The notes beneath the pieces are model-generated. The model was not told the origin of the DNA. It ran no database searches and worked only from the letters and a program-made list of their open reading frames with translations. A stretch of 55,073 nt of DNA from Flavobacteriales bacterium (lineage in GTDB: Bacteria > Bacteroidota > Bacteroidia > Flavobacteriales_D > Sanyastnellaceae): the NCBI GenBank assembly GCA_049318685.1, contig JBMOFW010000001.1, forward strand, positions 1-55,073, in the 5' to 3' direction. Position 1 is the first letter of the stretch. Each line of letters begins with the position of its first letter. Of this stretch, positions 36,701 through 44,474 are shown one piece after another. Position numbers and translations under genes: made by a program.

Positions 36701-38585
36701 AAGCGCAAGAGGATGCATTTCGGTAAAGAAAATCCACAAAATAATCATCCACAATATTCGTCACATCAATTACATAGTCTCCACTTGAGGCGGGCGTGAA
36801 TGAATAGACTTTTTCTTCACCACGAACTTTCCAAGCTACCCCATTATATGCTGCCCAAATTCCATGAGAATCAAGGGTAACCGTTGTTTGATTGGAACAA
36901 GGATCCAATGTGACAGGATTTGCACACGGACTCACCGGCACGGTCACACAAATAGTGAAGGTGCCATGAATAAAATTCCAATAATCATATACTCGGCAGT
37001 AATAGGTGTTTCCTACAACTAAATTTTCATAATATGCGTACTCGGCATCTCCCGAGTCATTATCGGTGCAGCCGAGCGATGTTAAACTCCCGCATGACCC
37101 CGAGAACAATTCGACTACAGCATCTCCCAGTGTGTTTTCGAGCACGGTAATTAATTGGGTATTGTGAGTTGCAACAAATTTGAACCAAACATCTTTACTA
37201 TTGGATCCAACACAGGCACCCATGGATGCTGTGGCTCCTGCACTGGTAGATCCATAAGCCACCCCACATGTTTCAGTGCTAGAAGCAGTCAAAAGGATGG
37301 CGCCACCGCAATCATCGTTTAATGGGATGGTATTGCTAATACATATATCGAAGGTTCCTTTTCCTGAAGTATTTACTTGGCTATAAACCCGCACAAAATA
37401 AGAGGTGCCTATCGTTAATCCGGAAATATTCTGAGATTCTGTTCCATTATTGCTGCCGCTATTGTTTACACATCCCATTGAAGTAAGTGAGCCACATGTT
37501 CCAGAAAAAACTTCAAATACTGGATTGAGCAAAGTTGATGGGGTGACTGTGATTAATTGCGTTGTATTCACTGCTTGGAAAGAAAACCAAACATCATCAT
37601 CAGCAGTTCCTGTGCAGCCTGCTAAACTCTGTGTAGCATTTACTGTTGTTCCTGATACACTAGTGCAACTTGAGGTTGCAGAAGCGATCACAGAGGTGGC
37701 GTTCGCACATTCATCATTTGCAGGGGCAATGGAGTTGACACAAATTGTAAACGTACCTTGACCAGATCCATTCCCTTGACTGTGAACACGAACAAAATAT
37801 GTAGATCCAATAGTCAATCCAGCTACATTCTGCACTTCAGCATTCGCACCGGTGGTATTATTTACACAAAAAAGACTGGTCAAAGAACCACAGCTTCCAG
37901 AATACACTTGGAAAACTACATTTGACATGGTGCCTGGAGTAACCGTCACTTGGTGCGACGTGGCGGTTGCTTGAAATTGATACCACACATCATCATCGGC
38001 AGTTCCCGTGCAACCCCCTGAAGACTGAGTGGCCCCAATTGAATTGCCTGATACAGCTGTACAAGTAGCATCGGGTGAAGCGGAAATAATCGTGCTATTC
38101 GCACAATCATTATTACCTGGTCTGAAAACCAAAGTGCCTTGAATAGGAGTTGTTGCTCCTACGCGAATGAGTCGGATACCGTATTGCGAACCAACTGTTG
38201 TGTTCACAATAAGAGATTCTGTTGTATTGGCGGCGCCAAAACTATTTGCGCAACCGAGAACAGTTGCTGTGCCACAAGCACCATAAACCAAAATAGCGGC
38301 ATCTCTATTCCCGCCTGGTGTGAAAGCAACTTGTGTAGTGCTGGAAGTAGCGGTAAACCAATACCAAACATCTCTTTGGGCAGTACCGGTACCACACAGC
38401 GTAACTGTAGGACTGCCCAATGTTTGTGCAGAATTTACCGAAGCTGACACTCCAGCAGTTAGGCCGGTACCTGTTCCGATGGCACAATCTGCGGTGGCCG
38501 ATTGGGAAAAAGAAAGAACTGATTGTAGAAGTAAACTACAAATCAAGGCTGCCTTTAGAAAGCAGCTTTTCAACGATTTTGACAT
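33741..38585 (-). CDS. Giant T9SS cargo protein, paralog 1 (PPC-like repeats + Calx-beta-like + shared core + sorting domain)
   Basis: 1614 aa. Signal peptide MSKSLKSCFLKAALICSLLLQSVLSFSQS. Four Cys-containing modules of about 130 aa with a DDDVWYQF-type motif. Calx-beta-like segment. A core shared with 38857..43659 and 44475..48863, including WNDDLTTTGFPGSDYPSYNFNNIYWYDE (34875-34958). C-terminal sorting domain (TITIYSMSGQLV...GSYLIEIRKNDTLWVSSKGLITR). Confidence 0.88.
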   Translation of the reverse strand: MSKSLKSCFLKAALICSLLLQSVLSFSQSATADCAIGTGTGLTAGVSASVNSAQTLGSPTVTLCGTGTAQRDVWYWFTATSSTTQVAFTPGGNRDAAILVYGACGTATVLGCANSFGAANTTESLIVNTTVGSQYGIRLIRVGATTPIQGTLVFRPGNNDCANSTIISASPDATCTAVSGNSIGATQSSGGCTGTADDDVWYQFQATATSHQVTVTPGTMSNVVFQVYSGSCGSLTSLFCVNNTTGANAEVQNVAGLTIGSTYFVRVHSQGNGSGQGTFTICVNSIAPANDECANATSVIASATSSCTSVSGTTVNATQSLAGCTGTADDDVWFSFQAVNTTQLITVTPSTLLNPVFEVFSGTCGSLTSMGCVNNSGSNNGTESQNISGLTIGTSYFVRVYSQVNTSGKGTFDICISNTIPLNDDCGGAILLTASSTETCGVAYGSTSAGATASMGACVGSNSKDVWFKFVATHNTQLITVLENTLGDAVVELFSGSCGSLTSLGCTDNDSGDAEYAYYENLVVGNTYYCRVYDYWNFIHGTFTICVTVPVSPCANPVTLDPCSNQTTVTLDSHGIWAAYNGVAWKVRGEEKVYSFTPASSGDYVIDVTNIVDDYFVDFLYRNASSCAYAGWTYIDDFDAVAVSPSFALTAGTEYFILIDDENMNLSTVTFKVRKADNTPCPAVVSFANNRSEFEEIDGNVMIDLTIENPLSTAMNLSLTLVSGDASRVNGFSTQVITIPANATTFQVPIQITNNGNCDDHASLQFAFSNLGLNMEAGVIAQHVFYIQDDEIVYENKVDQNFEVATTGFNLASSITNPWVVSNTSPINGTAQFVSGNTAGSGSNYFTTDAKRTYFDGMTSVWKFQVNHFGNEPDQNTKWQFILASDKSDLWNVALNGYAVGINPLTSPDLDLVTLWKIVNGQYFPIVTSSVDVGTANTTMGFEVTRDETGLWTLKFDANGGFDGLVQLGTGTDLTYNRAGYMGMRYLYAAGNSHKLSVDDVLFYQKGCPETIYSVGSGNVSGAVWATTSTGAASVQYVGRLSNLVIQSGHSISCDKTLVCGDLTVNTGGTLNTQAQDVVIHNDLINNGALSATMGRIIFNGNEAQTWSGSASNNVKNVEVYNSLPLASGTALTLLSNVSLIGVLSPEKGKINVNNKLTLISNATTTGSIGEIKNEASVIGSITAQRYLPTALSNYVNLGNPIVGQTLSDWNDDLTTTGFPGSDYPSYNFNNIYWYDESVTGDRNQGWIGATNITNTLASNKGYMVYMTGTANTVDATGEFQKGDVSMPVPLTNTGSSGDGWNLLLNPYPSEIDWDLVVANSPGVSTYYVYDSQTGAYKSYNGLTHTGTASRYIPMGQSFFIGANVQGVNLNFKEFMKSNNGTAFERSENLPEGWVLQLAKDGFESNLMLTEDIEATAAFNADQDAFLLKSPEERMHHIYSVSSDQEKLTMDVRNAWGDEVIPIYADVVMPGIYAFEIAQLPASLVGEWMVKDVVTESMYEVTTGLIIQTKFDDSFNGIRWVLMPKQAQAESTTSAITISSAVNGWLVDCGTQELDLVTITIYSMSGQLVQETTANLNGSRYYTIPNDKLSNGSYLIEIRKNDTLWVSSKGLITR
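36942..38489 (-). repeat. Four tandem ~130-aa Cys-containing modules (pre-peptidase C-terminal/PPC-like) at protein level
   Basis: Residues ~33-548. Each module has C..(S/T)..C...G.C.G..(D)DVW(Y/F).F...T....V.....L...(F/V)(Q/E)(V/L)(Y/F)SG.CGSLTS..C......Y(F/Y).RV......GTF.IC. A fifth, divergent module follows. Confidence 0.75.
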
Positions 38586-38655
38586 GTTTTGAGTGTTTGA
38601 GGTTCCTTATGGGGTGAAGGACCTTTCTGTTTTACTGAATTTCAGTATCACAGTA

Positions 38656-38702
38656 CAAAGATACATTATCTGATTCGTCGATGCAATAGCTTGATTCGTC
38701 GA
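38656..38702 (-). promoter_or_regulatory. Candidate promoter (-7 box TATCTTTG) with two 11-bp direct repeats at 21-bp phasing
   Basis: On the minus strand, TATCTTTG at 38663-38656 lies 71 nt upstream of the ATG at 38585. TGATTCGTCGA is at 38671-38681 and again at 38692-38702, flanking the expected -33 position. Confidence 0.5.
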
Positions 38703-38801
38703 CATTATTTTTATTTTCGTCTATATTTGATTCTCAGAGACTTAGCCTTTACCGATGTGCCTGAATTACCGAAATAGAGGAACAAAAATATCTATTTCAA
38801 T

Positions 38802-38832
38802 AAAAAAAACCCGGTCGTCAAGACCGGGTTTT
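38802..38832. terminator. Intrinsic terminator after the 1600-aa gene (symmetrical A/T flanks)
   Basis: AAAAAAAA CCCGGTC GTCAA GACCGGG TTTT. 7-bp GC-rich stem, 25 nt after the stop at 38857. Confidence 0.75.
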
Positions 38833-38856
38833 CCAAGATAATATACTAAATATCAA

Positions 38857-41800
38857 TTATTTCATCAGTGTCTTGCTCAAAACTTCACCTTGAGTATTGG
38901 TCACGTTCACTGTATATGCACCGGTTGCCCAATTTTGCATATCCACATCCACTACTTGTCCGGCCGATTGACCTATCGTTTTAGTGTAGATCAATTGCCC
39001 CATTGTATTATAGATGGCAATATTTGAAGCGGTAGCCGAAACCCCATTAAATGTAATCAATGCGTGATTACCGCGATTAACAACGGTGACAAGTTCTTTT
39101 GTCAACTCTTCCGTCGAAACAACTGTTGAAGCGAGCACAACTACTTGGTCCTCTGCGCTACAGAACTCATTGGAAGCAGCCAATGTTACCGCATACTCCC
39201 CTGCTTCTGTGATTTCATAATTTAATGCCGAACCAGTGGTAATCATTTCACCATTCACATACCAATTCATTTCAGCAGTGCCCTCAACAGTGGCGGTTAA
39301 ACTGATCAGTCCTGAAGTGCCTTCGGTAAAGACCACATTCGTATTCGCGGCGTCAATTTCGGCTGATACAGCGTTATCATCCAACAAGCTAATGCTTTCG
39401 GTAAACGAAGTGCATGCGTTTGTCAAAGTCAGCGTGTAACTATCCGGAGCTAAATCGAGCAATTCCATATAGGATTCTGTTGTTGTCATTTCAGAAATAA
39501 TCAACCCCACACCATTGAGCAATTGCATTTGGTATTCACCACCATTGATCATTTCATAGATAATCTGACCAGTGCTTTCGTTGCAAGCGGCATTTTCAAA
39601 TACGTAGGCGAATGATGCCGCAGCAGGTGCAACAATTGTCACTGTTATAGGTGTGGCTTCACAAGCGGCTTCCGTATTTCTAATTTCTACTGTATACTCT
39701 CCACCAAGCGCAGAATCAAAAACACCTGAAATTTCATTAGCAAGTATTTCTTCATTTGCATTCATTACAGTCATCACCCAATTTCCTTCTTCAGCAGCTA
39801 CTTCAATAGTACCCGAAAGATTCGCACATGCGGGGTCTGTTGTATTCACTTGGGCAAATGCGCCAACATGCATTACGAAACGATCGCTACCTGTATAAGC
39901 TTCATTCAATGTGAGCACCCATTCTGCACCTGCCGAAACAGTCCAAACTTGCTGTGATTGCGTATCTTCAAGATAGATGCAAGCTCCCAAAGGCAAGTTT
40001 TGGATCTCGCTCACGGTGATCGTGTATTCTCCGGCCTGCGGCAAATCCATGTACATATTCATGGAATATCCCGTATTTGGCAAAGGACGAGCATCGATAG
40101 TCAGTTGAACATCGTCAGCCGACATAAATGCGAATTCGGGAGAAGTCAATACTGGACTTTCCCATTTTTCCGCATCAAAAGTCGATTCGTAATTATGCGT
40201 TGCTTCATCATTAAATGCGAGGATAGCTTCGTCGCCTTCTCCATTGCGTGTAATATTAAAACGAACAAAACGTGCATCTTCTTCGCTGCGTTCAAATGCC
40301 GCATTGGTATTGGTTTTTATACTTTCCATATAGTTCAGGTTTTGACCACCTGCTGTGGCTTTTACCAAGAAGCCTTGGCTATGTGGAATATACCGTGAAG
40401 CCGAACCCACTTGGGTATTGGCGGCATATGTACGATAGCCCGGAAGTGTAGCGTCATAAACGTAGTACGTATTCACATCAGCGCTGTTTGCTTCCAAGGC
40501 CACCCAATCCACTTCAGATGGATAAATATTGGCTACTAAATTCCAGCCATCAGCTGAGTTCGAATTATTTGTAAATGAAAGTGGCACTGCGATGGCGCCT
40601 TTTTGCACTTGACCAGTAACATCAACTGTCCAAGCAGCTCCATTTTGGTATAGTGTATACCCACGATTAATATTGATGGTGTTGGTAATGTTGGTGGCAG
40701 CTGTCCAACCCACATTTCGTCCGCCATTTTGAGTTTCGTCGTACCAATAAACACTATTGAAGCTGTACGAAGGGAAGTCGGAACCTGGGAAACCGGTGGT
40801 CACGAGATCGTCGTTCCAATCGGCGAGCGTCAACCCGGCGACAGTGCTTCCCAAATACGTGTAGCCATTCACAGATGGCGGCAAATACCGCTCGATAGTC
40901 ACGTTACCGGAAATGTCCGCGCCCGATTGAATAGGCCCAATAGAACCGCTGGTGCTCGCTTCGGATTTGAGAATCAAATTGCCATTGGTTTGAAGCGTTC
41001 CTTTCAATAGGTTGACTTGGTTTCTTACCGTGGTGGTCGCCAACATTTGAACTGTTCCGAAACTATTGTCAATATTCAATTTGTAGAAAGCAGGACCACC
41101 TGTACCCAAGATCGATTGGGCTTCATTTCCTTTCAACACAACTGTTGAATTACCAACGTTAACTGTTCCAGAGTGAATCCAATTGCCGTAGACTTCGAAT
41201 GTGTAATTTGATAAGTCAAGAACGGCTCCTGCTTGAATTTCAATGTCGTCACAAACTGCATTGGCTGTGAGTGTCACTGGTGCGCCGCTTTGCACGACAA
41301 GACGTGTAAATCGGCCAGGCGAAATACTCTGAGGAGTTCCCACTGTGGTTGGAGCCCAAATGGCACCGTTGAAGTTTCCTCCAGGTGTTTGGCTATAGTA
41401 AATACTGCGACATCCCTTTTGGGTCACAGAAACATCATCCAATGAAAGCTTATCGCTATTGCTGGAAGTATATGTGAACTTCGCACCAAAGTAATTCAGG
41501 TCAGAATAAGTCGCATCCGTCACTGAGCCTTTAGAAACGAGATTATTGAAATCACCATCACTGTCCATGTAAAGTGTCCAAAGTCCGTTTTCGTCGCGAA
41601 TGATTTCAAAACCTGTTTTTGCATTGGTAGTTCCCCAATCAATGTCGGTAGTAATGATTCTGGTGTATACACCATTGGTTACTCGCCATAGACACAATGT
41701 GTCAGAAGGTACAGTGAGTGTAGGATCCACACCAAGTGCATAACCATTCGTAGTTGTTCCAAAAAAGTCAGTATTGTTTGCCGCCAAGTATACTTGCCAT

Positions 41801-43659
41801 TTATTTCCGCCTGAAGGATCGAGATTGAAGAAATTCATGTTGAATCTCCAAGTGGTGTTCACTCCGGCCATAGACGCATTGTTGGCTGAGGTAGCGACAT
41901 GACTAATTCCGTTTGCACCCGTATTTGAGTGTCTGATGCTATACGTACCCGTCAAAGCACCAGTGTTATTTGCCGACCAAGAACCGTTGCCATATCCTGT
42001 CCAACCCGTTGAGTTGCCATCTTCGAAATTATCATCCACCAATGTTGCATACCCCATATCATTATCCAAGACAGTTAATGTGAAGGTAGTCGGGCTAGCC
42101 GCATACGCATTAAGTCCACCTGTTGCACTTTGGAGCGTGAAAACAAGCGTTTGAATATCATCACAAATGGCATTGTCGTCAATAGTAAACGTGGCGTTTT
42201 TCAGGCCAGTTTCTGCAGGAGACCAGCTAAGGGTGGCTGTTGTGGCTCCTCCCAAGCGTGCACCATTTCCTGAAGTCAGATTAACTTGCACGGAAGATCC
42301 AACCGCTGCATCCGCGTTAAAAATATTGACACCAATTGTAAAGGATAAATCACCAGCCCCATTGGTTGGTTCTGATTGAGTGCCGGTGGTCGCATTAAAA
42401 TTAAAATACGTGTTGGCCGCTAAAGGACGGAACCGGAGGTTATCGAATTCGATATTGGTTTGTCCCGAACCAGCAGAATTTTTCACAGCAATTCCAAAGA
42501 AACCGCCCGCATTCAATGACACGTTCGTGTCTGTTACGGTGCCATGTGTAACTGTGCTAAGTGTTTCCGGGCAAGAGCGAGCAGTAGGTGAAGCGGCCGC
42601 TTGAATCGTACTTGTCGGTAAGGCAGAAGTCTTAATGGTCCATACACCGGTTTCGCTTCGTGTAATGGCAAACGTGATTCCGTAATCAGTTAAGCCATTC
42701 AAAACGGCTGAACTCGTTGAAAACAGTAATGTACTCACACCATTATTGCTGCGATAAAAACGAATTTCATCGTCCCCTGAATCATCACCGATTTCGAGAT
42801 AATACCCATCGATACTCGAAGTAGCATTGAGATTCAAGTTGTTTGAATAAAGCCAAATGCGCGTGCGATCCGCTGCCGAAGCTGCAACACCTCTGCGACC
42901 TACCCAAAAATACCATTCTTGTTGGGCATTCCATGTGCTAAATTGTCTGTACAAATATTGATCAGAAGCAGCGCTAGCATTGACGCGCAACGTGCTTGTG
43001 CGAACGTTTTCAGTTCCTAACAAACCACCTACGTCACTGTTATTCACCACTGTGAAAGCAGAAGTGCTGCCATTCCAAACTGGGGTTGCGGTAAAATTGC
43101 CGTCACTAAATGAGTCTGTGTTTTCAAATTCGAAATAAGCGATATAATTCAATCCACCGTTGCTATGGTATTGGGTTTCGCCGCATCCAGAAGTGCCGGA
43201 TGAATTGCCCCCTACTACCACAAATACTTCTACAACATACGTTCCGGAGGTAGTCAGACCGTTTAAGAGATTCACACCGATGGATTCAAACCAACGCTGA
43301 TCATTTCCACCTGTGCACGGGAAAGTGCTATTGCCTCCAAAAGTCATTGTGGCAGTAGAGAAGGAAGGTGGGGTATCACATGTGCGATAAACGCGATAAT
43401 TAAACACGGGAGCGCAGGTATTCGAACAACAAGCATCTCTCCATGTGCACACTTCTACCCAATCCAAAGAAAGCGTGCCTCCATTCGAATATCGACCGAT
43501 ATAAGACTGATTGAAATCTGCCACAACTGAGGTCGGTTCAATATCGTATTGTGTACCACCATTAATCTGGAGAAGAGACTTCCAAATTCCCCATCCAGCA
43601 AAAGCATTGGTGGAGATCATTAGGGCAACGAAGGCTAGTGTTAAATGTAACTTGCGCAT
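38857..43659 (-). CDS. Giant T9SS cargo protein, paralog 2
   Basis: 1600 aa. Signal peptide MRKLHLTLAFVALMISTNAFA. N-terminal Cys-rich module. A jelly-roll-like module shared with paralog 3 (SDGNFTATPVWNG...QQEWYFWVGRR). Calx-beta-like segment. The shared core with WNDDLVTTGFPGSDFPSYSFNSVYWYDE (40735-40818). SprB-repeat-like Cys modules. C-terminal sorting domain (IAIYNTMGQLI...GAYTVNVTNTQGEVLSKTLMK). Confidence 0.88.
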   Translation of the reverse strand: MRKLHLTLAFVALMISTNAFAGWGIWKSLLQINGGTQYDIEPTSVVADFNQSYIGRYSNGGTLSLDWVEVCTWRDACCSNTCAPVFNYRVYRTCDTPPSFSTATMTFGGNSTFPCTGGNDQRWFESIGVNLLNGLTTSGTYVVEVFVVVGGNSSGTSGCGETQYHSNGGLNYIAYFEFENTDSFSDGNFTATPVWNGSTSAFTVVNNSDVGGLLGTENVRTSTLRVNASAASDQYLYRQFSTWNAQQEWYFWVGRRGVAASAADRTRIWLYSNNLNLNATSSIDGYYLEIGDDSGDDEIRFYRSNNGVSTLLFSTSSAVLNGLTDYGITFAITRSETGVWTIKTSALPTSTIQAAASPTARSCPETLSTVTHGTVTDTNVSLNAGGFFGIAVKNSAGSGQTNIEFDNLRFRPLAANTYFNFNATTGTQSEPTNGAGDLSFTIGVNIFNADAAVGSSVQVNLTSGNGARLGGATTATLSWSPAETGLKNATFTIDDNAICDDIQTLVFTLQSATGGLNAYAASPTTFTLTVLDNDMGYATLVDDNFEDGNSTGWTGYGNGSWSANNTGALTGTYSIRHSNTGANGISHVATSANNASMAGVNTTWRFNMNFFNLDPSGGNKWQVYLAANNTDFFGTTTNGYALGVDPTLTVPSDTLCLWRVTNGVYTRIITTDIDWGTTNAKTGFEIIRDENGLWTLYMDSDGDFNNLVSKGSVTDATYSDLNYFGAKFTYTSSNSDKLSLDDVSVTQKGCRSIYYSQTPGGNFNGAIWAPTTVGTPQSISPGRFTRLVVQSGAPVTLTANAVCDDIEIQAGAVLDLSNYTFEVYGNWIHSGTVNVGNSTVVLKGNEAQSILGTGGPAFYKLNIDNSFGTVQMLATTTVRNQVNLLKGTLQTNGNLILKSEASTSGSIGPIQSGADISGNVTIERYLPPSVNGYTYLGSTVAGLTLADWNDDLVTTGFPGSDFPSYSFNSVYWYDETQNGGRNVGWTAATNITNTININRGYTLYQNGAAWTVDVTGQVQKGAIAVPLSFTNNSNSADGWNLVANIYPSEVDWVALEANSADVNTYYVYDATLPGYRTYAANTQVGSASRYIPHSQGFLVKATAGGQNLNYMESIKTNTNAAFERSEEDARFVRFNITRNGEGDEAILAFNDEATHNYESTFDAEKWESPVLTSPEFAFMSADDVQLTIDARPLPNTGYSMNMYMDLPQAGEYTITVSEIQNLPLGACIYLEDTQSQQVWTVSAGAEWVLTLNEAYTGSDRFVMHVGAFAQVNTTDPACANLSGTIEVAAEEGNWVMTVMNANEEILANEISGVFDSALGGEYTVEIRNTEAACEATPITVTIVAPAAASFAYVFENAACNESTGQIIYEMINGGEYQMQLLNGVGLIISEMTTTESYMELLDLAPDSYTLTLTNACTSFTESISLLDDNAVSAEIDAANTNVVFTEGTSGLISLTATVEGTAEMNWYVNGEMITTGSALNYEITEAGEYAVTLAASNEFCSAEDQVVVLASTVVSTEELTKELVTVVNRGNHALITFNGVSATASNIAIYNTMGQLIYTKTIGQSAGQVVDVDMQNWATGAYTVNVTNTQGEVLSKTLMK

Positions 43660-43767
43660 GAATCGTTTAATTAAAGTAGAAATTGTAAGAAATCAAATAG
43701 GCGGTGAAAATAAGCAATTTATACCAATCAACCTACAGTAAAACCATAAGTTAAAACAGACTTTACT

Positions 43768-43775
43768 TAGTTTTG
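43768..43775 (+). promoter_or_regulatory. -7 box TAGTTTTG upstream of ispD
   Basis: Perfect TAnnTTTG match 8 nt upstream of the ATG at 43784. Confidence 0.4.
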
Positions 43776-43783
43776 CACTATTC

Positions 43784-44464
43784 ATGCGAAACCATCTCAT
43801 CATCGTTGCCGGAGGAAAGGGTACCCGAATGGGGGCCGAACTCCCTAAACAGTTCTTAGAACTGCACGGGAAGCCTATCTTGGCACACACGATTGAGCGG
43901 TTTTATTCTTTTGACAATCAATTAAATATCATTCTTGTACTTCATCCGGATTACATCCAATATTGGAAAGACCTGTGTCTGACTTTGGGTATAACGCTAC
44001 CCCATTTGGTGGTAACCGGAGGCGAAGAACGTTTTTTTTCCGTAAAAAACGGGTTAGATGCAATCCTAGATTCTACAGGGGTTGTGGGGATACATGATGC
44101 CGTTAGGCCACTTGTTTCACAAAAGACTTTTGTAACCTGTTACGAAAGTGCCCGTATCAATGGCACTGCTGTTCCGGTAGTTCCAATTAATGACTCCCTT
44201 AGAAGAGTTGTTGATGGAAAAAACGAAGCAGTAGAACGCAGTCAATTTCGAATGGTGCAAACACCACAGTGCTTCGAGATGACTCTGTTAAGAAAAGCCT
44301 TCCACCAGTCGTACCACCCTGGGTTTACCGACGACGCATCCGTTGTCGAATCACTAGGAGTAGCAATCAACTTGGTAGAGGGGAACAGAGAAAACATCAA
44401 GATCACTACCCCGGAAGACCTGCGTGTATGTAGTGCCTACCTAACTTTTGATTGCGGAAAATAA
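43784..44464 (+). CDS. ispD: 2-C-methyl-D-erythritol 4-phosphate cytidylyltransferase
   Basis: 226 aa. IIVAGGKGTRMGAELPKQFL and VGIHDAVRP motifs. Confidence 0.93.
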   Translation: MRNHLIIVAGGKGTRMGAELPKQFLELHGKPILAHTIERFYSFDNQLNIILVLHPDYIQYWKDLCLTLGITLPHLVVTGGEERFFSVKNGLDAILDSTGVVGIHDAVRPLVSQKTFVTCYESARINGTAVPVVPINDSLRRVVDGKNEAVERSQFRMVQTPQCFEMTLLRKAFHQSYHPGFTDDASVVESLGVAINLVEGNRENIKITTPEDLRVCSAYLTFDCGK

Positions 44465-44474
44465 ACCCTACAAA

